A stretch of DNA of 55,645 nt from the IMG/VR virus record IMGVR_UViG_3300037503_000005, positions 1 through 55,645 of that record; one strand, 5' to 3'. Below, one piece after another: positions 17,898 to 26,470 of this stretch. The stretch's first letter is position 1. The number at the start of each line of letters is the position of its first letter. The notes beneath the pieces are model-generated. The model was not told the DNA's origin, did not search any database, and saw only the letters and a list, made by a program, of their open reading frames with translations. This stretch comes from a virus (lineage: Duplodnaviria; Caudoviricetes). The position numbers and the translations under genes are program-made.

Positions 17898-18374
17898 CTA
17901 ACCCGTTTGTTCAATAGGCTCAAATTCCCTGACTCTCTGCTCCGCAATCAATTCGGATTTAACCCTTCCGGCCTCCAGTTCCAGCTCTGCCGTGCGAGCC
18001 AAGGAGACTGTCACCTGATCCCTGCTCATCTTCGCCATGTCGTCGCGGTCAATGCTTCTCAGGCGTCTAATCGCCAGTTCAATAATGTCTACGGGCTCTT
18101 CGTCCACTAGACCCCACTGCACGGCCAAGCGGTACAGGACATTAAATACTTTCTTGCCTTTGCTCCTGTCCGTGCGAAGAACGCCGTAAATGAACGAAGC
18201 GGTTTCATAGATGGTGTTTCGGGTCGCATCGTCGGAGCGGATCATGGCGCACAATCGCCCGTACTTGATGTGGCTGAATCTGGATATTTGCTTGCGGTCG
18301 CCGTTCTCGATGATGTTCTCGATTTCGGTCTCAATATCGAGTTCATCCGGCGGCAATAGTTCACACTTTTCCAT
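17898..18374 (-). CDS. Hypothetical regulator (CII-like position)
   Basis: Helical protein downstream of cro; function inferred from position only. Confidence 0.5.
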   Translation of the reverse strand: MEKCELLPPDELDIETEIENIIENGDRKQISRFSHIKYGRLCAMIRSDDATRNTIYETASFIYGVLRTDRSKGKKVFNVLYRLAVQWGLVDEEPVDIIELAIRRLRSIDRDDMAKMSRDQVTVSLARTAELELEAGRVKSELIAEQRVREFEPIEQTG

Positions 18375-18535
18375 ATATCGAAATCTTTCCTGTAGATTTC
18401 CTTGTTCTAAATTCTCAATCCCTTAAAATGACTATGCTCAGCCAATGAGCGCAGCCGCCTGCGGGCTGCATGTGGGGCACGGTTTGACCAGACCAGCCCG
18501 CCTGCGTGTTGTTTGAACGGATGCGACAGCCCCCG

Positions 18536-18607
18536 TTATGACTTAGAGCCGCCGAAGAAGGGCTTTTCATCTAAGCCGTTAGGCCAATCTTTGTGTGACA
18601 TGGGCAT
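18536..18607 (-). CDS. 23-aa micropeptide MPMSHKDWPNGLDEKPFFGGSKS
   Basis: Very strong GAAAGGAGGTG Shine-Dalgarno ahead of the ATG CCC ATG start. Confidence 0.45.
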   Translation of the reverse strand: MPMSHKDWPNGLDEKPFFGGSKS

Positions 18608-18973
18608 CACCTCCTTTCTAATTTCACGGTCAAATGGGAGCGGGCAAACGATTAGGTGGCACTTCTCTTGTCCGCTTCCAGGGTCTTTAAGGGTCAAATA
18701 TCAGTAAAACTCGACATGCACGCCTATTTGCCTTTTAACTCTCGAATGATGCGTACCGCGCATCTAGTTATATCTTCAGAAAACATGGCGACGGCGACTA
18801 GGGTTGCTGCGCCGAGACAACATTGGAAGTCGCTGAATAACATTTAACTAATCACCGTGACGCTTTCGCCCTCTTGGTTGCGTATGTGTGAAAAGGGGGA
18901 ACGGTTAAAAGTTTGCGGCGGCGCTCTCCGATGTTTATATCTTTTATAGAGACAGTTTGGACGTTCATAGCGG

Positions 18974-19141
18974 CTAGACCGCCTGCTGTTGTATTTGCTT
19001 GGCCTGATCTTCTAACGCGATGCGGAGCATGACGGACAATCTTCGGTTTTCAGCCTTTGCGGCCTTTACATAAAACTTTCTGAGGTCTTCAGGGACTCTC
19101 ACGACTAACTGCTCGGTCAGGTTGTTCTTGGAATTTTTCAT
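18974..19141 (-). CDS. Cro-equivalent, Arc/CopG-like ribbon-helix-helix protein
   Basis: QLVVRVPEDL...AAKAENRRLS.MLR.AL RHH pattern; divergent from the repressor. Confidence 0.8.
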   Translation of the reverse strand: MKNSKNNLTEQLVVRVPEDLRKFYVKAAKAENRRLSVMLRIALEDQAKQIQQQAV

Positions 19142-19164
19142 CGGCAATTCCCCCAATGAGCGGG

Positions 19165-19193
19165 ACTATAGCACGCCTCGCATTGCATTGCAA
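19165..19193 (-). promoter_or_regulatory. PR-like promoter overlapped by GCATTGCATTGCA operator
   Basis: TTGCAA-17-TATAGT with extended TG. Confidence 0.75.
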
Positions 19194-19245
19194 TAGGAAA
19201 TCTGCATACGTTGACAAAATTTAAATTCAAAGGTTGGATACGCTC

Positions 19246-19863
19246 ATGGCAGAGTTGACATCACAAGTCACTTTTAGGGTTTCCGACAAGATGTATCAGC
19301 GCATCGGAGAGATCGCTAAAGAAGAACGCAGAAAGCCCAACGAAGTAGCGCGGGCGCTTCTTGAGCGTGGGGAAGCGGCCTATACTTCCGACGGGCGTTT
19401 GTTTGAGCCAGGAGCGGGAGAGTCGCAACCGCGCGCCGTCGCGCTGAAGATTGTCGGGCGGGTTTCTGGCGGCAAGCCTATAGAACCGATAGAGCACCAC
19501 GAAGAAATTATGGTTTTGAGTACCGACATCGCTGGCATCAAAAAAGCCCGCGCCCTACGTGTCGTAGGCGATAGCATGCGCGACGCGAATGTAATGGACG
19601 GAGATATAATCTTAGTTGGAGATTGTGAGTCACCTATCAATAAGATTGTGGTTGCCTACATCGAAGAGAAAGGCACTTTAGGAGCTACGCTGAAATGGTG
19701 GAGACAAAAAGGCCAGAGCGTGACGCTGGAACCGGCCAACCCTGACTATAAGCCTTTCACCTATCCGGCAAAGAAACTTCGCTGGTACGGCGCTCTCGCG
19801 GGAGTTATCAGGACTATACCTCTCTCTGAAGTCGCCGGAAGGTCTGAAGCCGATGCCGCGTAA
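19246..19863 (+). CDS. Prophage repressor: RHH DNA-binding domain + LexA/S24 autopeptidase
   Basis: QVTFRVSD...IAKEERR..NEVARALL RHH; GRVSGG cleavage loop; GDSM (Ser) and TLK (Lys) dyad. Confidence 0.9.
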   Translation: MAELTSQVTFRVSDKMYQRIGEIAKEERRKPNEVARALLERGEAAYTSDGRLFEPGAGESQPRAVALKIVGRVSGGKPIEPIEHHEEIMVLSTDIAGIKKARALRVVGDSMRDANVMDGDIILVGDCESPINKIVVAYIEEKGTLGATLKWWRQKGQSVTLEPANPDYKPFTYPAKKLRWYGALAGVIRTIPLSEVAGRSEADAA

Positions 19864-20263
19864 TTGCTCATGGTGCGGTAAGCAGACGGAGCGAAAGTTG
19901 TGCGAGGGTTGTCTAATATTTGCGGCCAGCGTTCCTTCGCTTTCTCAAGACGTATTAGATGATCTTCCCTTTGGGGTAATTGAGCTAGACGAAGCGGGAA
20001 AGGTTCTCGGCTTTAATCACCATGAAGAGGAGCGGTCGCACCTGCGCGCATCTGAAGTTATAGGGAAGAATTTCTTCCGCGACATTGCGCCGTGCGCGGA
20101 GGTAAAAGAGTATCAAGGTAGATTTGAAGAGTTCCTGTTAAGTGATGAGCCTTCTATTCAATTTGATTTTGTTTATAGGTTGCCCCACGCGACGATCCCC
20201 ATACGGATAATGTTTGTCCGCGCCCACGGACACAACGTATTGGTAGTAAGTAGAGAAGTTTAG
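19853..20263 (+). CDS. Photoactive yellow protein homolog with N-terminal CxxC-CxxC zinc finger
   Basis: LDDLPFGVI.LD..G.V..FN..E......VIGKNFF.D.APC matches the PYP signature including Cys69 and Glu46. Confidence 0.88.
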   Translation: MPRNCSWCGKQTERKLCEGCLIFAASVPSLSQDVLDDLPFGVIELDEAGKVLGFNHHEEERSHLRASEVIGKNFFRDIAPCAEVKEYQGRFEEFLLSDEPSIQFDFVYRLPHATIPIRIMFVRAHGHNVLVVSREV

Positions 20264-20284
20264 CAGTAAAGGAAGTCTCCCACG

Positions 20285-20506
20285 ATGTTTACTCTGCGCT
20301 GCCCACGGTGCGGAAGTTCCCGTATTCATAAAGGATACCAGCGCACGCCTTGGTTCTTAAAAATCCTCTGCTATCGCTGGTTGCATTGTAAAGATATAAA
20401 GTGCAACTATGAATGGCAGGGCTTCGCTACTCCGTGGCAACTCAAGAGGGCGAGCAGGCGAAAGCGAACTGATATACCAGCTTCACACGGTAGAAAATTG
20501 ATCTAG
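20285..20506 (+). CDS. Zinc-ribbon protein, third gene of the repressor operon
   Basis: CPRCGS...HCKDIKC. Confidence 0.7.
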   Translation: MFTLRCPRCGSSRIHKGYQRTPWFLKILCYRWLHCKDIKCNYEWQGFATPWQLKRASRRKRTDIPASHGRKLI

Positions 20507-20539
20507 GCTGTAGGCAATCGGGGGGTTGTTCTACGGTCG

Positions 20540-20578
20540 GGGCGTCCGGTTCTCTAAAGGGATCGGGCGCTTTTTCTT
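20540..20578 (+). terminator. Intrinsic terminator of the repressor operon
   Basis: GGGCGTCCGGTTCTC/GGGATCGGGCGCTT hairpin followed by a T-run. Confidence 0.7.
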
Positions 20579-20603
20579 GCGTGAAATAATTGTAATTTAG
20601 TTC

Positions 20604-20632
20604 TTGCATTGCATTGCATTCTATGGTAACAT
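20604..20632 (+). promoter_or_regulatory. PL-like promoter overlapped by GCATTGCATTGCA operator
   Basis: TTGCAT-17-TAACAT with extended TG; same 13-mer as at 19180. Confidence 0.75.
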
Positions 20633-20711
20633 CCCTCTGCCTAAAGGAAAGGCCAGACACGGATGATTCACTTAGCCAACAACAAACGGCTTACGAAGGG
20701 GGACACAAAGC

Positions 20712-21128
20712 ATGCAAAACGCAGCCACAGCATTCGCCGCCGCTTCTGAAAACACACCACGGGTCAACAGACGTCGCAACCAACGTGCAGGCAACTGCGA
20801 TAAGTGCCGAGCCTTTGTTGAGCCGCAGGCTGGCTATCTGTTCAAGATGAGGGGCTGCAACGCAACCGGTGGGGATTACTACCAGCGCGTGCGCGGTGAG
20901 TGGCATGTGCGCTGTGAAGCCTGCACGCTCAAGACCCCATCCGTCAGGCGTGAGATGGGACTAACAGGCGAGCAGCCCAAGCAGTTCAAACAGGCAAGAG
21001 AGCGTCGTCAGGCGAAGCGGGCAGCTATTGAAGCCCTGATTGCAGAGTACAGCGACGGAACAGGCTGTGTGCCTGCTGAACGCATGGAAGCCTATCGTGA
21101 AGATTTGGCGAAGCTCAGAAATAAATGA
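20712..21128 (+). CDS. Zinc-finger early protein
   Basis: RRNQRAGNCDKC...V....G...CEAC; first gene after PL. Confidence 0.7.
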   Translation: MQNAATAFAAASENTPRVNRRRNQRAGNCDKCRAFVEPQAGYLFKMRGCNATGGDYYQRVRGEWHVRCEACTLKTPSVRREMGLTGEQPKQFKQARERRQAKRAAIEALIAEYSDGTGCVPAERMEAYREDLAKLRNK

Positions 21129-21556
21129 GGGGGGAGCGCCGAAAACATATGCAGCCAACAGGCGAAAGGAACGAGAAGATGAGCACGATAAAGAGAGAGC
21201 AGGAAAAGAACTCACATTCTCAATCTGACGAGACAGCCGCTAACGCGGTCAGTGGTGGTGAGAGCCTGCCACAGATAGATAAATTCGCAGAACCCTTCAG
21301 ATGCCCTACGCATAGAGAGTTACTAAACCAGCGACCCAAAGGACAACAAACGCCAGAGCAACTATGGTGCGGAACGTGGCACGACTGCCCGCGTTGTCGC
21401 TACTCCCTGTTAGAAAAGAGCGATGAGCTTATGGCGTCTTTGGAAGAACAGCGGGCGGCTTACGAGACATCAAGATCGCAGGGGCAGCTACCCTTCAAAG
21501 CATCAATGAGTCGTAAGCGAAAGACCGCACACAAGCGAAGCGCCGCACGAACCTAG
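21125..21556 (+). CDS. Zinc-finger hypothetical protein
   Basis: CPTH...CPRC. Confidence 0.6.
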   Translation: MRGERRKHMQPTGERNEKMSTIKREQEKNSHSQSDETAANAVSGGESLPQIDKFAEPFRCPTHRELLNQRPKGQQTPEQLWCGTWHDCPRCRYSLLEKSDELMASLEEQRAAYETSRSQGQLPFKASMSRKRKTAHKRSAART

Positions 21557-21651
21557 CAGCAATCGTTCGTAGTTAAACTTCTAAATCATGCGGGCTAATC
21601 GCTACCGATCATTTCAAATCCAAAACCGCATAATCTTTCGGAGCACACACC

Positions 21652-21849
21652 ATGACCACTGACAAGCCACAAGTAGAAATCAGAACCTTTACCGAAGCCT
21701 ACGACGGGCGGCGCAGAGGAAGAGTAATCACCTGGCATCAAGTGTTCGTCAACAACGTCCCGGTTACTCGTGGGCTTCCAAAGCGTGAGGCAGAGCGGAA
21801 GAAAGTTGCGATAGAGAAAGACGCTGGCCTGAGCCTTTCCATCCGATGA
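21652..21849 (+). CDS. Hypothetical protein
   Basis: GGAG RBS. Confidence 0.6.
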   Translation: MTTDKPQVEIRTFTEAYDGRRRGRVITWHQVFVNNVPVTRGLPKREAERKKVAIEKDAGLSLSIR

Positions 21850-21887
21850 ATTGATGCGCTTACGCGCGCTCTAAAGTTGACGAGTTA

Positions 21888-22154
21888 ATGAAGGAGGAAA
21901 CGAGGATGTCAGACATGAACACATTGATGAGGGAGCAAACACCTTGCACCGTTACCCAACGAGAGAAAGACGACATCACTTTATTTTACGACCTGCTTAC
22001 GGTCTGCCAGTTGACCGTCAAGCAATATGCCGGAGGCAGCGAGGTGGACATCACCCTTGAAGGCAGAATACCGCTTGAGGCGTCACAACGCATGCAGGAA
22101 GTGATTAAGAATTGCAGCGGTCGCTTTGCCTTTGAGAACATAGAAAGCCAGTGA
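21888..22154 (+). CDS. Hypothetical protein
   Basis: AGGAGG RBS region. Confidence 0.6.
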   Translation: MKEETRMSDMNTLMREQTPCTVTQREKDDITLFYDLLTVCQLTVKQYAGGSEVDITLEGRIPLEASQRMQEVIKNCSGRFAFENIESQ

Positions 22155-22197
22155 CTATGACGTGGATGGTCGTAGATCAGAAAGAGAGGGCGGGAGC

Positions 22198-22425
22198 ATG
22201 ACAGAATATATCTGGGAAACATTCAACAGTATTTTCAAGACGGTCTATAGCCAAGGTCTCCGCGTAGAAGATTTAGAGGCGCGGCTTGTCGCACTAGAGC
22301 AAGACAAGTTTCCCAAACTAGAGGCTCAAGTCGCGCAACTAGAACTGCAAGTATCAGAGCTTCGCCACAAGATGGGGCTTACTGAAGTTGACGAACTACA
22401 AGAAAGAGCGACGGCAGACCGATGA
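22198..22425 (+). CDS. Coiled-coil hypothetical protein
   Basis: GGGAG RBS; ATGA overlap with the next gene. Confidence 0.6.
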   Translation: MTEYIWETFNSIFKTVYSQGLRVEDLEARLVALEQDKFPKLEAQVAQLELQVSELRHKMGLTEVDELQERATADR

Positions 22426-22820
22426 GCATTTCCATATTCGACAAAAGCCTCAAACGCCTTGCCTCTCTAGCAGAGAAGCGCAAGCTGGACTGGCTGCCGA
22501 TAAGTGAATCTGTCTTTATCGTAGATTCATCCCGCGCTGGCATACCTCCGTACAGGCTCACCCTTGAAGGTGAAACGATTCATTGCCCCTGCAAAGCGGG
22601 TCGTCAAGACTTAGCCTGCACGCATGCGAGCGTCATAGTCAAACACAGATTCCCCGTCACTATCGCACTAAATATCTGGCACGTAGAAGATGCGAGAGAG
22701 ACGGCAGAAATAAGGCTGGCTATTGAGAAGGGCGAGGTTTCACCACAAAGGTTAGCTTACTACAGACGGGTTTATCGTCAATCAAAAGTGTGTTCAGAGA
22801 TGGAGAGAAAGGCGGCATAG
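22422..22820 (+). CDS. SWIM zinc-finger protein
   Basis: CPC...CTH (CxC-xn-CxH). Confidence 0.75.
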   Translation: MSISIFDKSLKRLASLAEKRKLDWLPISESVFIVDSSRAGIPPYRLTLEGETIHCPCKAGRQDLACTHASVIVKHRFPVTIALNIWHVEDARETAEIRLAIEKGEVSPQRLAYYRRVYRQSKVCSEMERKAA

Positions 22821-23129
22821 ATGAAATATAAGCCACCAAAACTTAGCGTGTTAGAGATTTCAGAGCGCGGCTGGCCGATGTTGGTATTCAGCAACAACAC
22901 AAACAAGTTATCCCTGTTACATATCGCGCGTCGTCGCGGCACTTTGGGCGTGCAAGATTACCATTATCACATCACGGACTGTAACAGAGCACTTCACTCC
23001 GAGAAGTCAAGAACGCACTCGCAAGATGGAGAGTTGCCTTGGTGGTTTGTTCTCTGCCCGAAATGTGGCGACAGGGAAGCTTTTATTAAAGCTAGAGACG
23101 AACACAGAGCGCGGTTAGTAAGGCTATGA
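22821..23129 (+). CDS. Hypothetical zinc-binding protein
   Basis: H...C...CPKC; operon packing. Confidence 0.55.
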   Translation: MKYKPPKLSVLEISERGWPMLVFSNNTNKLSLLHIARRRGTLGVQDYHYHITDCNRALHSEKSRTHSQDGELPWWFVLCPKCGDREAFIKARDEHRARLVRL

Positions 23130-23491
23130 AACGCTCTTGGATAAACAGAGGGACGAAGGGATTCAAGGCAAAGCCTAAGTCGAAGGAAGCCGCGTGGTCA
23201 AAACAGGTTCGTGAGCGTGACAACCATATCTGTCAACGATGTAAAGGGCAGGGAATACACGCCCATCATATCGCTCCGAGAGGCCGCAGACCTGACCTTA
23301 AATTCGATGTCAACAACGGGATTACCTTGTGTCATCAATGCCATGACTGGACTCATTTACACCCCGCTGAATCTACACGGGCGGGCTTTCTATCAGATGT
23401 GCCATACGAAAACAGGGGCTACTACAAGGAGCGTTTACGCGAGGTCAAGCTTGAGAGCGACTTTGAATTAGATGTGATGGAGATATTCTGA
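23126..23491 (+). CDS. HNH endonuclease
   Basis: RDNHICQRC...HAHHI...NGITLCHQCH...H. Confidence 0.9.
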   Translation: MKRSWINRGTKGFKAKPKSKEAAWSKQVRERDNHICQRCKGQGIHAHHIAPRGRRPDLKFDVNNGITLCHQCHDWTHLHPAESTRAGFLSDVPYENRGYYKERLREVKLESDFELDVMEIF

Positions 23492-24114
23492 TGATAGCAA
23501 TGCTGGATACAAGCCATGATCTTAAAGTCTGCTCTGAGGAACTGGGCTGCGCGGTCGAGCAACTTCTGACGCCTCTAACAAGGTTCAACATGCAAGACCC
23601 CTTGGGCTGGCGTGCCATAGAAAATGGTGGCTTTACCGGACTCAATATCAAATCATTCCTATCGCTTTTAGAGCGCGAGGCGCATGCCAAACAGCTTGTT
23701 AGATTTGTCTCCGTGCCAGACATCCTAGCTTCAGCACGACGCACCCTTGAACTGTTCGATCATTGGTATCCGCAATTATGCCAGTGGCCGTTAGCTCTGG
23801 TCGCTCAAGATGGTCAGGAGGATTTACCCATCCCTTGGGATTTAATCACGGCAATCTTTATCGGCGGCACTACCAGATTCAAGATGAGCAAGGCCGCCAC
23901 GGACATTATCCGAACAGCTCAGGCGATGGGCAAATGGACTCACGTAGGGCGCGTGAATGATCCCGCAAGGTGGCAGCATTTCTTAAACTTAAACGTGGAT
24001 TCTGTGGACGGTACGGGAATCTCTAAATATTCACACATGAGAATTGCTATCCGTGATCGTGAAATTAAACCATCCCTGTTCGATGAGATTGAAGAGGAAG
24101 CTTTATGCGTGTAG
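23491..24114 (+). CDS. TGT/DpdA-like transglycosylase (putative 7-deazaguanine DNA modification)
   Basis: ENGGF, VPD, AQDG, FIGG, HVGRVN, DSVDGT motifs; coupled to a QueF-like gene. Confidence 0.7.
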   Translation: MIAMLDTSHDLKVCSEELGCAVEQLLTPLTRFNMQDPLGWRAIENGGFTGLNIKSFLSLLEREAHAKQLVRFVSVPDILASARRTLELFDHWYPQLCQWPLALVAQDGQEDLPIPWDLITAIFIGGTTRFKMSKAATDIIRTAQAMGKWTHVGRVNDPARWQHFLNLNVDSVDGTGISKYSHMRIAIRDREIKPSLFDEIEEEALCV

Positions 24115-24353
24115 TCCATAGCTTACAAATTACAAGTATCTGTCCGGTTGATGAGAAGCCTGACGTTTATGAGTGCTTCGTCATAGCCAAGCGGGTGATT
24201 CCGGTTGAGGATATTTTGAAGGCCACAGCCGACGTTAAGAACATGAAGGCGTATCAGGAAGATATTTGTCAGGAACTGCACCGGAGGCTCGCCTGCGAGG
24301 TTCGTCTAGTCGGCTACCACCAAGGAGTCCGTACCGAAGTGGTCTGCGGGTGA
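24105..24353 (+). CDS. Minimal QueF-like T-fold protein
   Basis: CPVDEKPD resembles QueF CP.TGQPD; VE and QE motifs; H.GV C-terminus. Confidence 0.7.
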   Translation: MRVVHSLQITSICPVDEKPDVYECFVIAKRVIPVEDILKATADVKNMKAYQEDICQELHRRLACEVRLVGYHQGVRTEVVCG

Positions 24354-24423
24354 ATCTGTAATTGCTATTAACCATTTTCATTCCGTATCGAATCGGACTG
24401 AGAGACTACCGGAGGCAGCATAA

Positions 24424-24624
24424 ATGACAACCATTCAGACAATCATTCAAAAGGTAAGGCAGTACTACCCGCACGCCTATGTGAAGTACGAAGAGTCGAC
24501 CCGGCTCTGCGTCGTCATATCGGAGGCGCAACGCATTGGCACGGGGGATTCATGCAAAGAGGCTTGGAGTAGCGCCTTAGAATGCCTCGAGCGTCAAGAG
24601 AGGGAACGCGCCGCTAATCCGTAA
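24424..24624 (+). CDS. Hypothetical protein
   Basis: GGAGG RBS. Confidence 0.6.
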   Translation: MTTIQTIIQKVRQYYPHAYVKYEESTRLCVVISEAQRIGTGDSCKEAWSSALECLERQERERAANP

Positions 24625-24677
24625 AGCATTTCAACCTGTTTTTCCATATTCGTTACTCCCTACCATCGGGGGCAAAA

Positions 24678-25184
24678 ATGAGTAATCAGGATGACACGAC
24701 ACACGCACCCAAACTTGATGAGAAGGCACAGCCTACGGCTGATGCTTTAGCGGAGGATGAGAGCCGCCCGAGTGACAAGGAGCGTATCCACCATCTTGAG
24801 CAGGCCATTGCGAGGCTGATCTTCAACGCCCGACAAGTGACTTGTACGGTCAAAGGTATGGATGGAATCATCATCCCTCTACAGCGTGCCGTTGATGATG
24901 CCGCGCCCCTGATCGGTTGGCATGACCGCACGGCTAGGGCGGAGGGTAGGATGAACACAGAGAAGGAAATAGAAGCCTTGAAAAAAGTAGGCCAAACTGT
25001 CATCGGCACAATGGAGCGGGATGGTGAGACTTTTGTAGTTATTCAATGTGAGACATGCGGCTGGCCTCGCGTAGCTGATTACGGTTGCGATACCTGCCGG
25101 GCAAGGTCGGTAGACGCCAAAGTGGTCAGGATGAAAGCCGCCCTTGATTCTATTAGTGCTAATGCTGCTCAAGCCATACTGTAG
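24678..25184 (+). CDS. Hypothetical protein with C-terminal zinc finger
   Basis: CETC...CDTC. Confidence 0.6.
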   Translation: MSNQDDTTHAPKLDEKAQPTADALAEDESRPSDKERIHHLEQAIARLIFNARQVTCTVKGMDGIIIPLQRAVDDAAPLIGWHDRTARAEGRMNTEKEIEALKKVGQTVIGTMERDGETFVVIQCETCGWPRVADYGCDTCRARSVDAKVVRMKAALDSISANAAQAIL

Positions 25185-25197
25185 GAGGGCAAATAGG

Positions 25198-25263
25198 ATG
25201 TTTTCAGACATCAAGCGGCACCTTCGCCCTGACGTACTCAACCGCTTGGAGGAATTGAGATGA
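25198..25263 (+). CDS. 21-aa ORF paralogous to the N-terminus of 31420..31632
   Basis: IKRHLRPDVLNRLE vs IKQYLRPEVLERLE; GGAGG RBS; ATGA overlap. Confidence 0.55.
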   Translation: MFSDIKRHLRPDVLNRLEELR

Positions 25264-25514
25264 GCGAACCTTTTGACCAAAGCACGGACACGATGATCTT
25301 CTACGCCTTCCGCTATTGCTTGGGAAGGGCGACGTGTGCAGTTACTGAGTGTGTGGATTACCTGATTAAGCATTGGGGCGATCTCTCAACTGATACGCAA
25401 GTCCGAATCCATAGCGAAATTAAGAGAGCTTTTGAGCGTGGGCGGTACGGGCATGAATGCGACCGGGAAGATTGGCAGCGTGTTCTTAACCTACCAGTGC
25501 CGGAGGGCAAATAG
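25260..25514 (+). CDS. Hypothetical phage protein
   Basis: AFRYCLGR.T...CD...W motif, which I recognise from other phages. Confidence 0.7.
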   Translation: MSEPFDQSTDTMIFYAFRYCLGRATCAVTECVDYLIKHWGDLSTDTQVRIHSEIKRAFERGRYGHECDREDWQRVLNLPVPEGK

Positions 25515-25516
25515 CC

Positions 25517-25792
25517 ATGTACAAATTAGAACGCAAAGTACCGCCCCGTTGGTCAGAGCTGCGTTGGTGCATCGTGAGAGCATCGGACGGTCTGCTTATC
25601 TGCCACCGGGACAAGTTCACGGATGCTCAAGAGATGGTCGCCAGGATGAATGCGCTTGATTCTCTGACGCTGGCGAATCAGCGCAAGGATGATTTGCTCA
25701 ACGGCATATCTGTCGAACAGTCCTTATCTCATTCTGAATTGCTTAACCTATCCAGAGCAACAAGAGGTGAGTCTTGCAGGTGGGATGGGTAG
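25517..25792 (+). CDS. Hypothetical protein
   Basis: GGAGG RBS. Confidence 0.55.
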   Translation: MYKLERKVPPRWSELRWCIVRASDGLLICHRDKFTDAQEMVARMNALDSLTLANQRKDDLLNGISVEQSLSHSELLNLSRATRGESCRWDG

Positions 25793-25824
25793 CGAGTGGG
25801 TTCTATATGGCTGTGAGGTGAAAC

Positions 25825-26031
25825 GTGGGTAAGGGCGAGTTCAATATAGGAGACCGCGTAGAGATGACTGACGCGACCAAGCAATCTAAATCCCGCAAGA
25901 TCAGCCAACACGGGCAGGTGGTTGGGTTTGGTCGCAAGTTTTCCTGGGAGATTATCGTCCATCGTGATGGATGTAAAAACCCCGACAGGTGGCACAAAGA
26001 CGCGTGGCAACCTGAGCAGCCTTCAACATGA
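25825..26031 (+). CDS. Hypothetical protein (SH3-like)
   Basis: FNIGDRV motif; GAGGTG RBS. Confidence 0.6.
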   Translation: MGKGEFNIGDRVEMTDATKQSKSRKISQHGQVVGFGRKFSWEIIVHRDGCKNPDRWHKDAWQPEQPST

Positions 26032-26098
26032 GCGGTGCTTGAGACGGCGATGGTTGCTCGGATGGAAAGCCACAAGCCATCCCGCTTGACCTAAATCA
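26016..26098 (+). repeat. 83-nt structured element, copy 1
   Basis: Homologous to 27010-27092. Confidence 0.6.
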
Positions 26099-26139
26099 AA
26101 GGGTGGGGGTCAGGCCGCAAGCCGAAAGGACGAGGACAC

Positions 26140-26328
26140 GTGATGAAAAACTTATGGCGACGACATTTAAGGAAATACTTTCGCTGTGTGAGCCTGTTCC
26201 TCTCTATCGTGTGGCGTCCCGCATATCCGCCATCGGATGCGACATGGTTTGAGGCTCACTGGGAATACGAGCTCAGCATAAAAACGGCGTGGGAAGTATC
26301 AACGGGTATCTGGCTTGATCGCTTCTAG
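26140..26328 (+). CDS. Trp-rich small protein, paralog 1
   Basis: Near-identical to 31956..32141. Confidence 0.75.
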   Translation: MMKNLWRRHLRKYFRCVSLFLSIVWRPAYPPSDATWFEAHWEYELSIKTAWEVSTGIWLDRF

Positions 26329-26470
26329 CGTGCGGCTGTCCGATTAGTGGAGGGAGAGAAACCGAGGATAGGGGAAGCAAGGCGTAAAACTCAGCCACTC
26401 AATCTTGATGAGAGAGCCGCCTTTGGCGGTCATACGCGGTGAGTAATTCTTAATCTTAGGGCAGTACGGA

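Noticed and set aside
18852-18968. ParB-like gene (MNVQTVSIKDINIGERRRK...)
   Set aside because: Only the first ~19 residues resemble a ParB N-terminus and the ORF ends at 38 aa; too weak to call
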